Made by a program: the position numbers and the translations under genes. A stretch of 63,906 nucleotides of DNA, the filler included, from Sluysia triapertura (Eukaryota), in the NCBI GenBank assembly GCA_046118255.1. It is 5 parts of 5 records of this genome, joined end to end, with 100 filler letters (N's around TTAATTAATTAA, not from the genome) between each part and the next. Parts side by side here need not be neighbours in the genome. Positions count along the whole stretch, not along the records: positions 1 to 11,011 come from JBJNIA010190197.1; positions 11,112 to 22,333 come from JBJNIA010187202.1; 3 more parts are not named here. The stretch is one strand, 5' to 3'. Position 1 is the stretch's first letter. Each line of letters begins with the position of its first letter. Shown piece by piece: positions 1-12,476 of the stretch. Below the pieces are notes generated by a model. The model was not told the DNA's origin and made no database searches. It was given only the letters and a program-made list of their open reading frames with translations.

Positions 1-90
1 CGGGGCTGATAGCTCAGTGGTAGAGCATTCGAACTGCGCAGCGATGGTCCCGGGTTCGATCCCCGGTCAGTCCATTTATGAAGTCTAACA
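1..90 (+). mobile_element. Mini-LTR (5' clipped by window) consisting of a tRNA-derived unit, TRIM-like
   Basis: Ends ...GAAGTCTAACA at 90 and is followed by TT plus a PBS. Near-identical to the 98-bp unit at 18846-18943 (-), which shows the full TGTTAGAC...GTCTAACA inverted ends. Confidence 0.75.
3..74 (+). pseudogene. tRNA-Cys-derived sequence inside the mini-LTR
   Basis: Acceptor stem GGGCTGA/TCAGTCC, D stem GCTC/GAGC and T stem CCGGG/CCCGG all pair. A box TAGCTCAGTGG and B box GGTTCGATCCC are present. The anticodon stem does not pair. The 5' half resembles metazoan tRNA-Cys (ATAGCTCAGTGGTAGAGCATTCGACTGCA). Confidence 0.7.
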
Positions 91-92
91 TT

Positions 93-110
93 TGGTGAGC
101 CCGACGTTAT
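93..110 (+). promoter_or_regulatory. Primer-binding site, tRNA-Trp type
   Basis: TGGTGAGCCCGACGTTAT matches the canonical tRNA-Trp PBS TGGTGACCCCGACGTGAT at 16/18 and lies 2 nt after the ...AACA LTR end. Confidence 0.8.
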
Positions 111-543
111 TATCATTATTAAATTTAGATTTTATTATTCCCATTATTGTTAAAATTCTCTTATTTTAAGTTGTTAATGCAAAATCCATTTTATCGTTGA
201 TGCCGTCACAGAAAATTTTTACTTTAATTGAAAATGCCACTCTAAATGTTGAAAAACATTTGGTACGAAATTACTTATTAATGATTTTTAACTAGAGCTT
301 CAATCAATAGTGTAAGTCAAATATTTACATTTACTACAATGAACAATGAATGTACTATAATGATAAAAACTGATATTTAATCCTACTGTACTTGCCAATA
401 TCATAATTATTAAAATTACCTATCCATAAAATGTACAAAATGTTTTTGAATTAGAATAAAATTTGGTTACATATTATGTAAATATATTAATGGGCCGCTT
501 TTCACATTTAATATATAATGTAAAATTTAATCAATAATTTAAT

Positions 544-1464
544 ATGAAAACAAATTCATCAAGTAGGAGTTCCGATATCAAACATTTTAATAAAAATATT
601 ATTTATCTTTATTACGAAGGTCACGCATTAAATAAAAATGTTAATTATGTTAGAAACAAAATTAGTCGCGATCCTCCACTAAAAGTAAAAATTCGTAACA
701 TTCACGAAAACCCATTATTATACAATAAAAAAATTTTGAATATAACGAAAGACATACTTTTTAAAGTAATAAAATCTCGATATCAAAAGTTGTTTAATGA
801 AGGAGATCAATCAAATAATCTAATTAATCTTAATAAACATTGGAATTATTTAATGAATGTGAAATCGGCCAATATAAATTGTAATGCTGTTTCTAAAACA
901 TATGAATTATCAACTGCGTCTGTACGTCAGAAATTAGTTAATAAACACTCCAAATTATATAACTCTCATCATATTAATAGTACTATCAGTTGCATCTATT
1001 GCTATAATATTAGTACTGATTATGATATGTTATATAATTTAAACGAGTTTATCGAAGAAAAAAGTATTAATTTTATCTATATAGTTGCTGTTTCTATAAT
1101 TTTAAGTGATAATATGGTAACACGTTTACCTACTATACATAATTCAAAATGTTATTATTATACCAAATCAAATCAAAATTGTCTTAGATTTGTAAAGATA
1201 AATAAATATTACATTCACATTATACCTAAATCGTTAACCATAAAAATAACAGAACATTTTAAGTATTCCAGTTTTCAAGTTGTTTACAGAATGGTTTATC
1301 AACAAAATAATTTCAATGATAGCTCAAAGGAAGTAGACAGCTTTAAAAATTTTTATTATGCTTCAGAAAAGATGGAAAATAAAAAATATGAAAGCCTAAA
1401 AGTTTCACTAATTTTATTTATGAATTACACAAAAATTATTCCTTCAATTGAAAAATATAACTAA
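544..1464 (+). CDS. Hypothetical 306-aa N/K/I/Y-rich ORF, no recognisable domain
   Basis: 306 stop-free codons in ~78% AT DNA. No motif recognised. Confidence 0.35.
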   Translation: MKTNSSSRSSDIKHFNKNIIYLYYEGHALNKNVNYVRNKISRDPPLKVKIRNIHENPLLYNKKILNITKDILFKVIKSRYQKLFNEGDQSNNLINLNKHWNYLMNVKSANINCNAVSKTYELSTASVRQKLVNKHSKLYNSHHINSTISCIYCYNISTDYDMLYNLNEFIEEKSINFIYIVAVSIILSDNMVTRLPTIHNSKCYYYTKSNQNCLRFVKINKYYIHIIPKSLTIKITEHFKYSSFQVVYRMVYQQNNFNDSSKEVDSFKNFYYASEKMENKKYESLKVSLILFMNYTKIIPSIEKYN

Positions 1465-2175
1465 ATAAAATTGTTTAGAATTTTTAATGAATTCAAAAAA
1501 TGAATATAAAATTCTACATTATTGATGCATACATTTTTAATTTATACAGAATTTAAAGAGAGTTTCAGAGCACTGTTAAATATAAATGGCAAATTTGCAC
1601 TTTTAATGAATTTACTATGACATGGTTTACGCAAAATTAATTTTGTGTACTTTAACATTTTACATTTTGCGTTTTAATATTTTATATTGATTTTATGAAA
1701 AATAAATCAAAGGTATTTATTGTGACTGAATTTGTTAATGTATTTGATATCATGATCAGTATCTTTTACTTTATTCAAAGTGAGGAAAAGTTTTGTAATT
1801 GTAATTACTTTTAAAGAGTTTATTTGTGGGTAAACACACAAATGACTCGTTCATGCCACTTGCGAACCTTAATAAAATTATCTAATGCTTTGTAAAATAT
1901 CTAAAATCACAATTTTATTTTTTTGCTTTGCTTAGAATTGTTTATCAACATTATAAACATTACGTGAATTTTCTTACAATAAAACATGCTCTTAAAATTA
2001 TCTAGTTTTCTATATTGATTGATTAGTTCTTGATTTAATTGGTATTCTTTAATTAAAATAAAGTTCAGTTCAATATTTATAAAACTCAATAATTCGCAAA
2101 TGTAGATATTTACATAATAGTGGAATAAAAGAAATAAAAAATTAGAGAACATTAAAATAAAAAATATTACAATTG

Positions 2176-3472
2176 CTGGGTGTTTTTCTTAACCTAAAAA
2201 CTTAACCTACATCAAAATAATTAATTATTATGAGTCCGTTTACAATGTACGACTTACTAATGGCGTACCTGTAAAATTACGTGAAAGCAATTATCAAAAT
2301 TAACCGTATAAAAAGTTGCTTCGCCTTAACTTAACAATAATGGGCAAAAATCGTTGTTTTACAACAGATAACACAAAAAAACTAAGTAAGACCAACGCTA
2401 ATGTAGTAGATATTTAAGTTAAAATTAAGTAAATAATGATAGTATAAAACCGTACTCTTTCTTAGATCTGTAAGCTTCGATATCACGTTCGTTAAAATTT
2501 AATAAAAAATAATATTAAAATTGACGTAACCTTTATATTAAATAAAAATTATTTTGTGGCTCAAAAATTTATTATGAGCTTAATTTAGATTATAATACAA
2601 AAGTCTCAAAAAGTCCTTTTAATGTTTTTTATTACACAAAATTAAAAAACAAATATTAAATGATAATAAATAGCATACAAAAACAAAAATAAAAATAATT
2701 ATGAACTATAATATAAATAATATTTAAATTGTAGTAAGGACCTAGCCAAAGACTCTGTCCTGTGATATTGATTTTGTAATTGGCCTTAAGGGCCAACTAA
2801 AGATTCAAGATTTTAGATTTTGATTTGATTTTGTGATTGGCCTTAATGACCAACCGTAAAAAATAGTAATTTAAGTATATTTTATTACTCTATGGAAAGT
2901 TAACACTTATATAACCAAACTTACGGATTTATAATAAATTAATTTTTCGATGATGATTGTCCAATAATTAATTTCCAAATTCGACTATTGCCGCTGTAGA
3001 TGTGTTACTCCTCCAATCGGAGGCGCGGGAATCACACAATTATTATGATGAGAAGTTGTTGGTAGAGTTACTGGAACTGAAGAATACCACTTGTCGTATA
3101 TCTTTACAATACCGTTGGATTTAGTGGCTATAACGATTTTCTTTGTAATTTAATGATGAGTATAAATACCGTGTTGATTTTAAAAATGGCTTCTAATTGC
3201 AAAAATGGTTGTTTCTTTATTCATCATTGTCTTTATAATCTGATAAAGACATATATTAAAATTTTATTCATTTAAATAAACTTCTTTCTAGAAGTTTCTT
3301 TTATAATGTTTTTTGTTTTATAATAATAATAATTTTAATTTTAATATAGTTAAATTAATAATTTCTTAAAATATATAAATTTTAATGATTTTTATAATAT
3401 TTTTTAAAATTACGTAAATACAAAAATTCAAAAACATAAAATACAAAAAACAAAATTTTGTACACCTTTACA
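2176..3472. repeat. ~1.3-kb dispersed repeat family A, copy 1 (unclassified TE)
   Basis: Colinear with the reverse complement of 36265-37597. Its first ~400 bp also match 10625-11011. Ends are CTGGGTGTTTTT and TGTACACCTTTACA. Confidence 0.85.
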
Positions 3473-3619
3473 ACTTCATAAACTATGATTTTTATAATGT
3501 AATTACAAAATTTACAGTTAATTTTATAATTTTATTTTACAGAAATTTCTATTTTCAAATAATAATTTTACATCACAATATTTGTATCAGTATATTTACA
3601 TATTTAACATCAAAATAGT

Positions 3620-4330
3620 GTAAGATTTTCACAATTTGCTACAGAAGAAAGAATACAGGAGAAGGATCGAAAGTACCATTATAGCCTATGTCTGTGCTAT
3701 TGTCACCTATGCAATTTACGGCGATGGCCATTATGGGTCCATAACTAGAAACAATTAGTGGGATTAAATACATCATTGTTTTGAGAATTATCTAACAAAA
3801 TAGCCAGAAGCATGTTCAATGCCAAATCACTAAGCCGAGACACTTGCGCAAAGATTATTAACATTACGGCACCCCTAGGAAATTGCTTACGGATCAAGAT
3901 AGAAATTTTACTACTGATATAATGAAGTCAGTCGTTAAAATCTTTAATATATTAAAAATGCATATGTTGATGGACTAGTTGAAAGATTTAATAGAACACT
4001 CATAAATATGTTCGAATCGTATGTTATGACCGGCAAAATGAGTGGGATTTATAAATGTCTCCGTGTTTATTTGGTTACCGAAATTCAGTTCATCCAGCTA
4101 AAAACTTCACTGCATTTTACTTAATGTACGAAGATATTCAAACATGCCAGTGGATTTAGAGTGGTTACAGATTACTTCTCAATATTTGGAGACACCGGAA
4201 TATGCAACAACAATGATAAAAAATTTACAGAGCTCGTGGAAATGTGCAGGATTATAAATAACATATTCTCAGGAATCTCATGAAGATGCTTACGATAAGA
4301 AGACTAAGGAATATAATTTTCAAATGCGGC
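3620..4330 (+). mobile_element. Decayed Ty3/Gypsy integrase
   Basis: Broken frames give AMAIMGP, NYLTK, HYGTPRKLLTDQDRNF, DGLVERFNRTL, QNEWD, LFGYRNSVH and PVDL, with several stops and frameshifts. Confidence 0.85.
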
Positions 4331-4867
4331 GATTGTAGGGAATTCACAATCAAAAGCACACTTCAACACATAAGAACTCTTCTTACATACACAGAACATT
4401 AAATAAACTTCTTAACTCATTTAAAAAACAAATATAGTCATTGTACATAATTATCATGAATTATAGTTATAAATCCAATTGTATTCAAATATATAATAAT
4501 TATTATCATTATTGTTATATAATATGATTATCATGATTATCATATAATAACTTTTATAATAACGTCACAACATCATTGTTTTAAAATATATAATAATTAC
4601 GTTTTTGTTATCATAATTATTTCTAAAATGTTACCATCAAACTTCTTATTCTTTTGATTGTATGAATTTGTATATATTTATGTACGTGTGAATCTGCTCA
4701 ATTTACTTTTGCGCTAAATTCGACATTCTTCTGGTAATTGGCCATCATCAGCTCTATCTATCTAAAATACCTATATTACGAAAATGCCACACTTTTCGCC
4801 ATCTGAAAATAATAATATTATAAATTTAGTTGGTAACCTTTTAAACCACGAATAAGATTTTTGTTGA

Positions 4868-5269
<402 letters not shown>

Positions 5270-7097
5270 AGAATCGAATATTTATACAATTTATACACTT
5301 ATTACTTTCTATGTGCTGCCAATTTATTGTTTTCGATTTTTATTTTAAACATATTATTTATGCAATTTAAGCTTTCGATTTTTGTGCATTAAGTCTGATT
5401 AAATTTATTTCTGTTGATTGAAAATCAAATTAATTATCAAAATTCGTTCTGGTACTGAATTAAGATCCTTCGTATTATTTGCTGCATCTTCGAAAGAACG
5501 TTACTAATGTTCACGTGTAACAAGTTTATCAATTAACATTGATTTATTTAGTAATGAATCATGGAGAAGTGTGGCTCGTCACAGATTTAATTTGAATTTT
5601 ACGAAGAAATACGACTGAATTATGTACGAGACATATCAAAGAAACACTAGCACATTCAACTATTTTTCGATATATTCTAAGTAAGTTTCATGTTCGTTCT
5701 GTATATTAATCAGTGATTAATCAGTTGTAAAGACAATTTAACAAATCATTAAAACATCTAAGAAATTAAACTCCAGCTAAGAAAACTACGATGATAAATT
5801 TCTCACTGAAGTGTTTTAAATATATCGAATATCTGGTAATACATGAATAGTTTATATTGAAACAATAAAACTTACAAGGAAAGATATTTTGAAGTAATTG
5901 TATCAAATATTGCTTCAATAACTGGGCTTTGAAATAATAAGGAACTAGTAAATTCTGTTTCGTGATAGTTAGAAACTTTACAGAATTGCTCATTTATAGT
6001 TTGAAAAACTATAGCCTAAACATTACAATTTATTATTATAACTCGATTGGATTTTGTAAATTAAATATTTTTTAAGGTTCATTTAATATATATGATGAAT
6101 TAAGTGATAACTTTGCTCGATCATGGCACTAAAATTGCATATAAGAAACAGACAATATTTTCAAATCGTGTGGAAACATTCTCGTTAACATCAAACATAA
6201 ATAGCAAATATACAATTCATATAATTATCCTTTTATAGTCACAGAATTATTATCTTTCGGCCATTGTATCATTAATTCAAAATAAAAATTTCTATTAGCT
6301 TGATCCTTAATTATGTGCAACACGAGTTCTAAATGTTTTAAGTATCTCTTTCATTAGAACAATATTGGATAAATTATGAATCATCATTTTTATCATAAAA
6401 TAACTTTACTGATCCTTTCATATCTTTAAATGAATTGAGTGTTATATATAAAATATATAAAAATGAAAATAATAAAAATTCAATGCTAGAAAATAAAAAA
6501 ATCAATATTGAAAAGTTTAAAATATAAAACAAGAAATTCTTACTAAATTCATAGTGAATCAGAATTAATGTCGAGCTATTAGTGTAATATGAATAACGAT
6601 GAAAATAGTGATACTGCATCTAACCACTCATCTAATCATCATGTTAGTAACAGGATAGATCATGAAAAGGTTTTGAAGTTTTGATCTCAAAATTGTTAGT
6701 CTTTTTACTCCAGTTTTGTTATGCCTGGTTATTTTTGGAGTAGCTGCATAAAATATGAATCAACTAATAAAGATTTGATTCATACGCCATTTCACACTAA
6801 AGGTGCTTGTACTATTGTAAATATGTGAAAATATATTTGTGAATCAGTTGCAGATGCGGCAATTTTTAATGCTTTTGTTCTAATAATGACGGTAATTCTT
6901 GTATTTTTATGTAAATACAATTGCTGCAAATTTATTTATGGATATTTAATTTTTGCATTAAATTTTGTTGGTTCTTTTTTAAAATTGTTCTTAAAAAGCC
7001 TTAAGCTTATTTTGTTAAATGTTTTATTAACTATTTCATTTGTTATTACACAATTTAATATTTCGTTAATTTCTTTAATTCTTGATAATTTTAATAA

Positions 7098-7332
7098 TCA
7101 TTTAGCCCCGAATTTTTTTTCCTTAAGATGTATGGTGATTTATTGTCTTTATAGATGATGATTTAGGAAAAATGTATGGAAATTGTAAAAATTGACGTGA
7201 AGTAAAAATATATAGGTCAAAGTTCAAATATAAATATCTATTGAAAAGTTACTTTAGTAGGATCTTGCATAGCAGTTGTGTAAGAAAAAAAATCGCCATT
7301 GACGCCATATGGCGGTCCCGGGGCTGAAAGGG
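7098..7332. mobile_element. piggyBac-type MITE (right end clear, left end decayed)
   Basis: Right end ...CGGGGCTGAAAGGG|TTAA with subterminal near-palindrome GACGCCATATGGCGGTC. Probable left remnant TCATTTAGCCCCG at ~7098. Confidence 0.55.
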
Positions 7333-9195
7333 TTAATATTGATCGAGGTTGTTTTATTGAATGAAGTTATCTTATTGAATAAATTAATTTTGTTAAGTGA
7401 AGTTATTTTATCATTGAAAGAATTACTGAACAAACTTATTACTGAACGTCGTTTTTATTGAACGATTTTGTCAAGTAATTTATCATATATAATTGCGATT
7501 ATTTGAGACAGTCTTAAATATTCATTGTTTCGGTAAGTTCATTTCTAGTCTTTATAAAAAATTATCAAACTGTTTAATAAAATTTTAATTACATTAAATT
7601 TCATCTTTAATTTTATTTCATTTGTATATTTAAATAAAATTACTGTTGGTTTAACTTTATTTGTTTTCTTGCAAGTTAAGGGAGATTGAAATTAGGGTAT
7701 AAAATTACATAGAATTTATATTATTGAAAATATAGTTTTAAACTAAAATAAAGTGTTAAAAATAAAATGAAGTTAGCATAAACTAAGATAAAGTTATGAG
7801 TGTCTCGAAACAAGAATACAGTTGTTAAATAAACTAAAGTTTTTGTAAGATAAAGTTCCTGAGAAATGAAATAATATAAAGTTTTTGGGGAACGAGATAC
7901 AGTGTTGAAAATAAACCAAAATTTTTTGTAAATCAAAGCAAAGTTTTACCAAATTTCGAGATAATTAAATACGATTTGTAAAAGGAAAATAATTCCGATA
8001 GAATAAAATTTAACCCAAGTGAAATTTTTAAGCATTAAACGATATATTGTCTATTAAACATTTCAATCTCGAACAACTGAGACGAGTATAACACTTACGA
8101 CATTTTAACTCGAGTAAAACCTTTGCATAAGCTAAGGTAATTAATATTAAATAATTAATGCACATACAAAAAAACTCAACATAAACTCGACAGCATAAAA
8201 AACACAAACTACATCATAATTTTTACCTAGGGTCATGTTCACTCTGCGGTTGGTAACACTGCATTCTTGATTAAGTATCATTTTAATTTCTAAGAATCTT
8301 TGGTAATGCCTTTGTCGTCTACAATTATTGCATACAATTAATATGCAAACGCTTATGCAGTTTTTACTTAATTGCTGAGATTAAAATTGGAAAGTATAAG
8401 TATTTATTTATTTTTTGAGGTCACAAGCCAATTTTAATAATTAAATTTCCTACTTATTATCTTCCAGCAATTACTCAAAGATAGCCGGATTTGTGACGAA
8501 CGATCATTTTTCTTAACTAAATCATTACCATACTAATGATACAAAATAAATTAAAAACTTATCAAACAACAAGTAAGCCTTAAACTCAGTCTAAAATTTC
8601 ATTCAGTATTAATAAATCTGGGAATTTCGTATAAACACTAATTAAATAAACTACCAAAGTACTTTGCTAATTAAACTGTTTATATCTTTCAACTGATAAT
8701 CCTTACAGTTTCAAAAACCAAGACTTCTAAGTTGGACTAACATAAATTCCTGCAATTACGTGCACAAACAACTTAATGATTAGCTTTTCTTACAATTATA
8801 TTAAATTAATTCAAGTTTTCAATTGACAGTAGACAACTTGCCATTAATACCTAGAGGTAATTTCAATAGTACTATAATTAGTATTTGAAAATTTTTTTAA
8901 AATAATTAGCAAACTGAAGATCTACATCCGCTTTCAGAGTTTGATAAGACACTTGTTTTACCACAATATACACTATTTAAAGTGTTTTTCGCCATTACAA
9001 TATATTTCTCTATTCAAATCCCAAATCTTAAACTTAACATGAAAAAATTATATATTCACTTAACTACAAATTATAATAAAATTTTAACTGGACATATATG
9101 TAGAATTAAGCAACGCCAAAGATCTTTATAGATTCAAATATATGAAAAGATATACATAAAGTAAAATTCAAACAAAATTATATTTAAAACAAACT

Positions 9196-10020
9196 TCATG
9201 ATTCCATTTTTTCATCTTGATATTTATAATGAAGTTTAGCAACATCACATTGTTCAATAAATTTCCATCCATTCTTCTGCATGTGGTACAAATTTACAAC
9301 ACCACCTGATGCAGCATCTCGATAAGTTGCATGATAGATTGCTCTTTGACCTAAATCATACGCTTCTTTATCATTCATATCGAATCTATGATAAGTGTCT
9401 AGAACTCCATAAGCATACGTACTACCAGAACCAACTGAAAACATATTGCCACTTAGGCGTGTTCCCTCGTCATCAACATAATACAAGCCAGGACCTTTTT
9501 TATCCCATCCTATTATCATCGTGCCCATACTTAAACCCATACCTTTATAATTATACACCATATTTGCAAGCATTTTTGATGCCGCTGCAACAGATATTCG
9601 TTCTTTATGCCTTAGCTCATATAACCTACAATGCTTAGATAATATTCTTTCCCAGAATGAACAATCCGCTGCACCCCCTGCCATTGTTCCTAATAAATAT
9701 GGATTTATTTCGATAACTTTCCTCACTGTTTGCGATGCAATATAAGATCCCATCGAAGCTCTAGAATCAACAGCAACAATAATTCCATTGTTATATTTGA
9801 ACGCTAAAGTTGTTGTTCCATGAGCAATTTTTATTTTTGTATTACAACAGTTAATTGAATAATTTCCATGAACAAATAGATCTTCTTTGGGTGATAAAGC
9901 TAAATTAAATCCAAAACATGGATTTTTGTTGTCCTTCTCGAAAGGTAATAAAAAATTATCATCCTCAAATTTATTTCTTATTTTGTCTTCATTTATTCCA
10001 CAAAACTCTAACAATGCCAT
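9196..10020 (-). CDS. PSMB5: 20S proteasome subunit beta type-5 (chymotrypsin-like), single exon, 274 aa
   Basis: 68-aa propeptide, then HG|TTTLAF with catalytic Thr1, Asp17 and Lys33, [10 protein letters not shown] and SVGSGS. Full-length ATG to TGA. Confidence 0.98.
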   Translation of the reverse strand: MALLEFCGINEDKIRNKFEDDNFLLPFEKDNKNPCFGFNLALSPKEDLFVHGNYSINCCNTKIKIAHGTTTLAFKYNNGIIVAVDSRASMGSYIASQTVRKVIEINPYLLGTMAGGAADCSFWERILSKHCRLYELRHKERISVAAASKMLANMVYNYKGMGLSMGTMIIGWDKKGPGLYYVDDEGTRLSGNMFSVGSGSTYAYGVLDTYHRFDMNDKEAYDLGQRAIYHATYRDAASGGVVNLYHMQKNGWKFIEQCDVAKLHYKYQDEKMES

Positions 10021-10624
10021 TATTATTAATGATAATTTAAAAAACCTTCACAAAATCACAAATTAAAACAAAATGAGTTGCAAAAAAATTTGATCAAAAT
10101 AGATTAAAAATACATCAATTTTTTAAATTGTTTTATAATTTATTTAAATATTTTTAAAAAAAATGGGTATTAATAAAAATTTTATATTACCAAATACACA
10201 ATTAACTGAAGCTACAAATTTAAATTTAAACCCTACAACGCACAGTCCTTTTTTATAAAATAATTATCTTCAGTATCACTGTTACTTAATTGTAATGTCA
10301 GGTTTCATTAATTTACATTTAAATATTTTATGCAATAAAATATAAACGAAAATATGGTTGAACGTGGGTAAGGTAATATCCAGACGTATTTAAACAATTA
10401 ATTGATATTTTAATTTTATATTTAAGAATTTAATTTAACATATGAATTTGATCAAAATTCATATTAATAATTCTTTTGTATCTTTTATACTTTTCATTTT
10501 ATAAATTATCAATTAAAACTGTTGTGTTTTTTATACTTTTTTACTTTGTAAATTATTCATCAAAACCTAATAACTAAACAAATTTAGAATCTCGATATAT
10601 TCTTTGACTAATCACAAAATTATA

Positions 10625-11011
10625 CTGGGTGTTTTTCTTAACCTAAAAACTTACCTACAACAAAATAATTAATTATTATGAGTCCGTTTACAGTATACGA
10701 GTTACTAATGGCGTACCTGTAAAATTTCGTGAAAGCAATTATCAAAATTAACTCAAAAGAAAATGCCTCGTCTTAACTTAACGATAATAAACAAAAAAAT
10801 CGTGGTTTTGCAATGGATAACTTAAAAAATTAAGCAGACCAACGTTTCCAAATCAAAATCAAATAAATGATGTAAAAATGTGCTCTTTTCTTCAAATTCT
10901 TAAGTAATTAATATTCACTCAAATGTGGTTCACAATAATTATAAACTTAACTTTAATTTTCCACTTCTAAAACCAAAAAACTAAAAAATTCTTTTAATAT
11001 TCTTTATTATT
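10625..11011. repeat. Dispersed repeat family A, copy 2 (cut by gap)
   Basis: High identity to 2176 onward (CTGGGTGTTTTTCTTAACCTAAAAAC...GGCGTACCTGTAAAATT). Confidence 0.85.
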
Positions 11012-11111
11012 NNNNNNNNNNNNNNNNNNNNNNNNNNNNNNNNNNNNNNNNNNNNTTAATTAATTAANNNNNNNNNNNNNNNNNNNNNNNNNNNNNNNNN
11101 NNNNNNNNNNN
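11012..11111. other. Artificial contig linker N44-TTAATTAATTAA-N44
   Basis: The identical 100-bp spacer occurs four times, and its core has stops in all six frames. Confidence 0.97.
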
Positions 11112-11431
11112 AGCCCTTTTCAATAATAGTTAACTTAATTTGTTATTTTAATTCGTTAATTTATAATGTATTTAAGCATAAAAAAATTTAAATTATTAAA
11201 AATTTAACAAGTCAAAAGATACCCACAACACTTTAGCATGTATAAAGTAATAAAAATTAACGGCAAATAAAAATAAAGATGAAAATAAAAAGGCACGTAA
11301 AAATTAAAATATGGCTGCCAATAAATAAAGAGTTAACAATTTATAGGGTGCCAAAATTACGGTGTAAAAGTTTAAAGTGAAATAATTTGAAATTTGAAAG
11401 AAAGACAAAGATCAATACAAATAATGTTGTC

Positions 11432-11595
11432 AAACGTAAAGTTTTATGAGTTAAATGTTAACACACACAGATGTAAAGTATGATAAGTTAAATGCTAAAC
11501 GAAGCGTAAACTATGATGAGTTAACTGTCAAAGCGAACGTAAAGTACGATAATTTAAATGCAAAAGCAAACATAAACAGTTATGTATTAAAGATT
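11432..11595 (+). repeat. Degenerate ~33-bp tandem repeat, about 4-5 units
   Basis: Units translate as VKYDKLNAKRS / VNYDELTVKAN / VKYDNLNAKAN. Confidence 0.7.
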
Positions 11596-12366
11596 AATGA
11601 TGATATTGGTGCTTTTCACTTATATAGAATAAGGCATAATGATTCTTATTCGGCAAGCAAATTTAATAGGGATTGTAAATTATAATATAATTGGTAATAT
11701 TTTGATGGAAGATGATAAACAATGATTCTAAATTTGTTGTAGCTATCAATTAAATATATTTGGATAATGCTCAACTTAATGTAAACGATCATCGAAAAGT
11801 TGATCAATGCAGATTCAAATATAAATAATTGTCAAGTTGAACTGATTAATGATGATCCGTATACAAATAATTTTGAAATAAAGTTAGTCGATTATAGAAA
11901 TCTGAACACAGGACAAAAGAAACAATCAAGTGTGCATTATCAACATCTACATTATAATAAAATTTCGTAACAACTAAGACGTCATAAGATATACTTGTTC
12001 CATGCTAAATGTAAAGCCTTTCTCAAATAAACGAATACATGACTTTATTGTCAATAATATAATCTCCACTAGTCCCAAAGGTGTCATATTTTTCATGAAT
12101 ATTTTGAAACCAAAATAATCACTAAACTACATTAAACTTTTAATATTACAAAATGAATATTAGTCTGATATTATCGTCAATTTTACACCCTCGAAATAAA
12201 CCATCATTAAATATTATATCAATTTATAGCAAACACTGGCTAAACACACGAAAATACCTACATTATGTAAATAAGATTTATGTAAGTTTCATTAATTAAT
12301 CAGCTAAATCCATTATCAAACTGGTATCAATGAATTAATATAAATAAAATAACAGTTTTTAAATAA

Positions 12367-12476
12367 ATTATTATTATTATTATTGTTATTATTATTGTTA
12401 TTATTATTATTGTTATTAGTATTATGATTATTATTATTTACATTATTATTATTATCATTATTATTATTGGTTATTA
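12367..12476. repeat. Imperfect (TTA)n microsatellite
   Basis: Read directly from the sequence. It explains the poly-Asn ORF 12316-12594. Confidence 0.9.

Noticed and set aside
3-74. Functional tRNA gene (Cys or Ala)
   Set aside because: The anticodon stem does not pair in either copy, the two copies differ at the anticodon, and both sit between TE-like inverted ends.
9309-9638. 109-aa ORF
   Set aside because: Antisense shadow of PSMB5.
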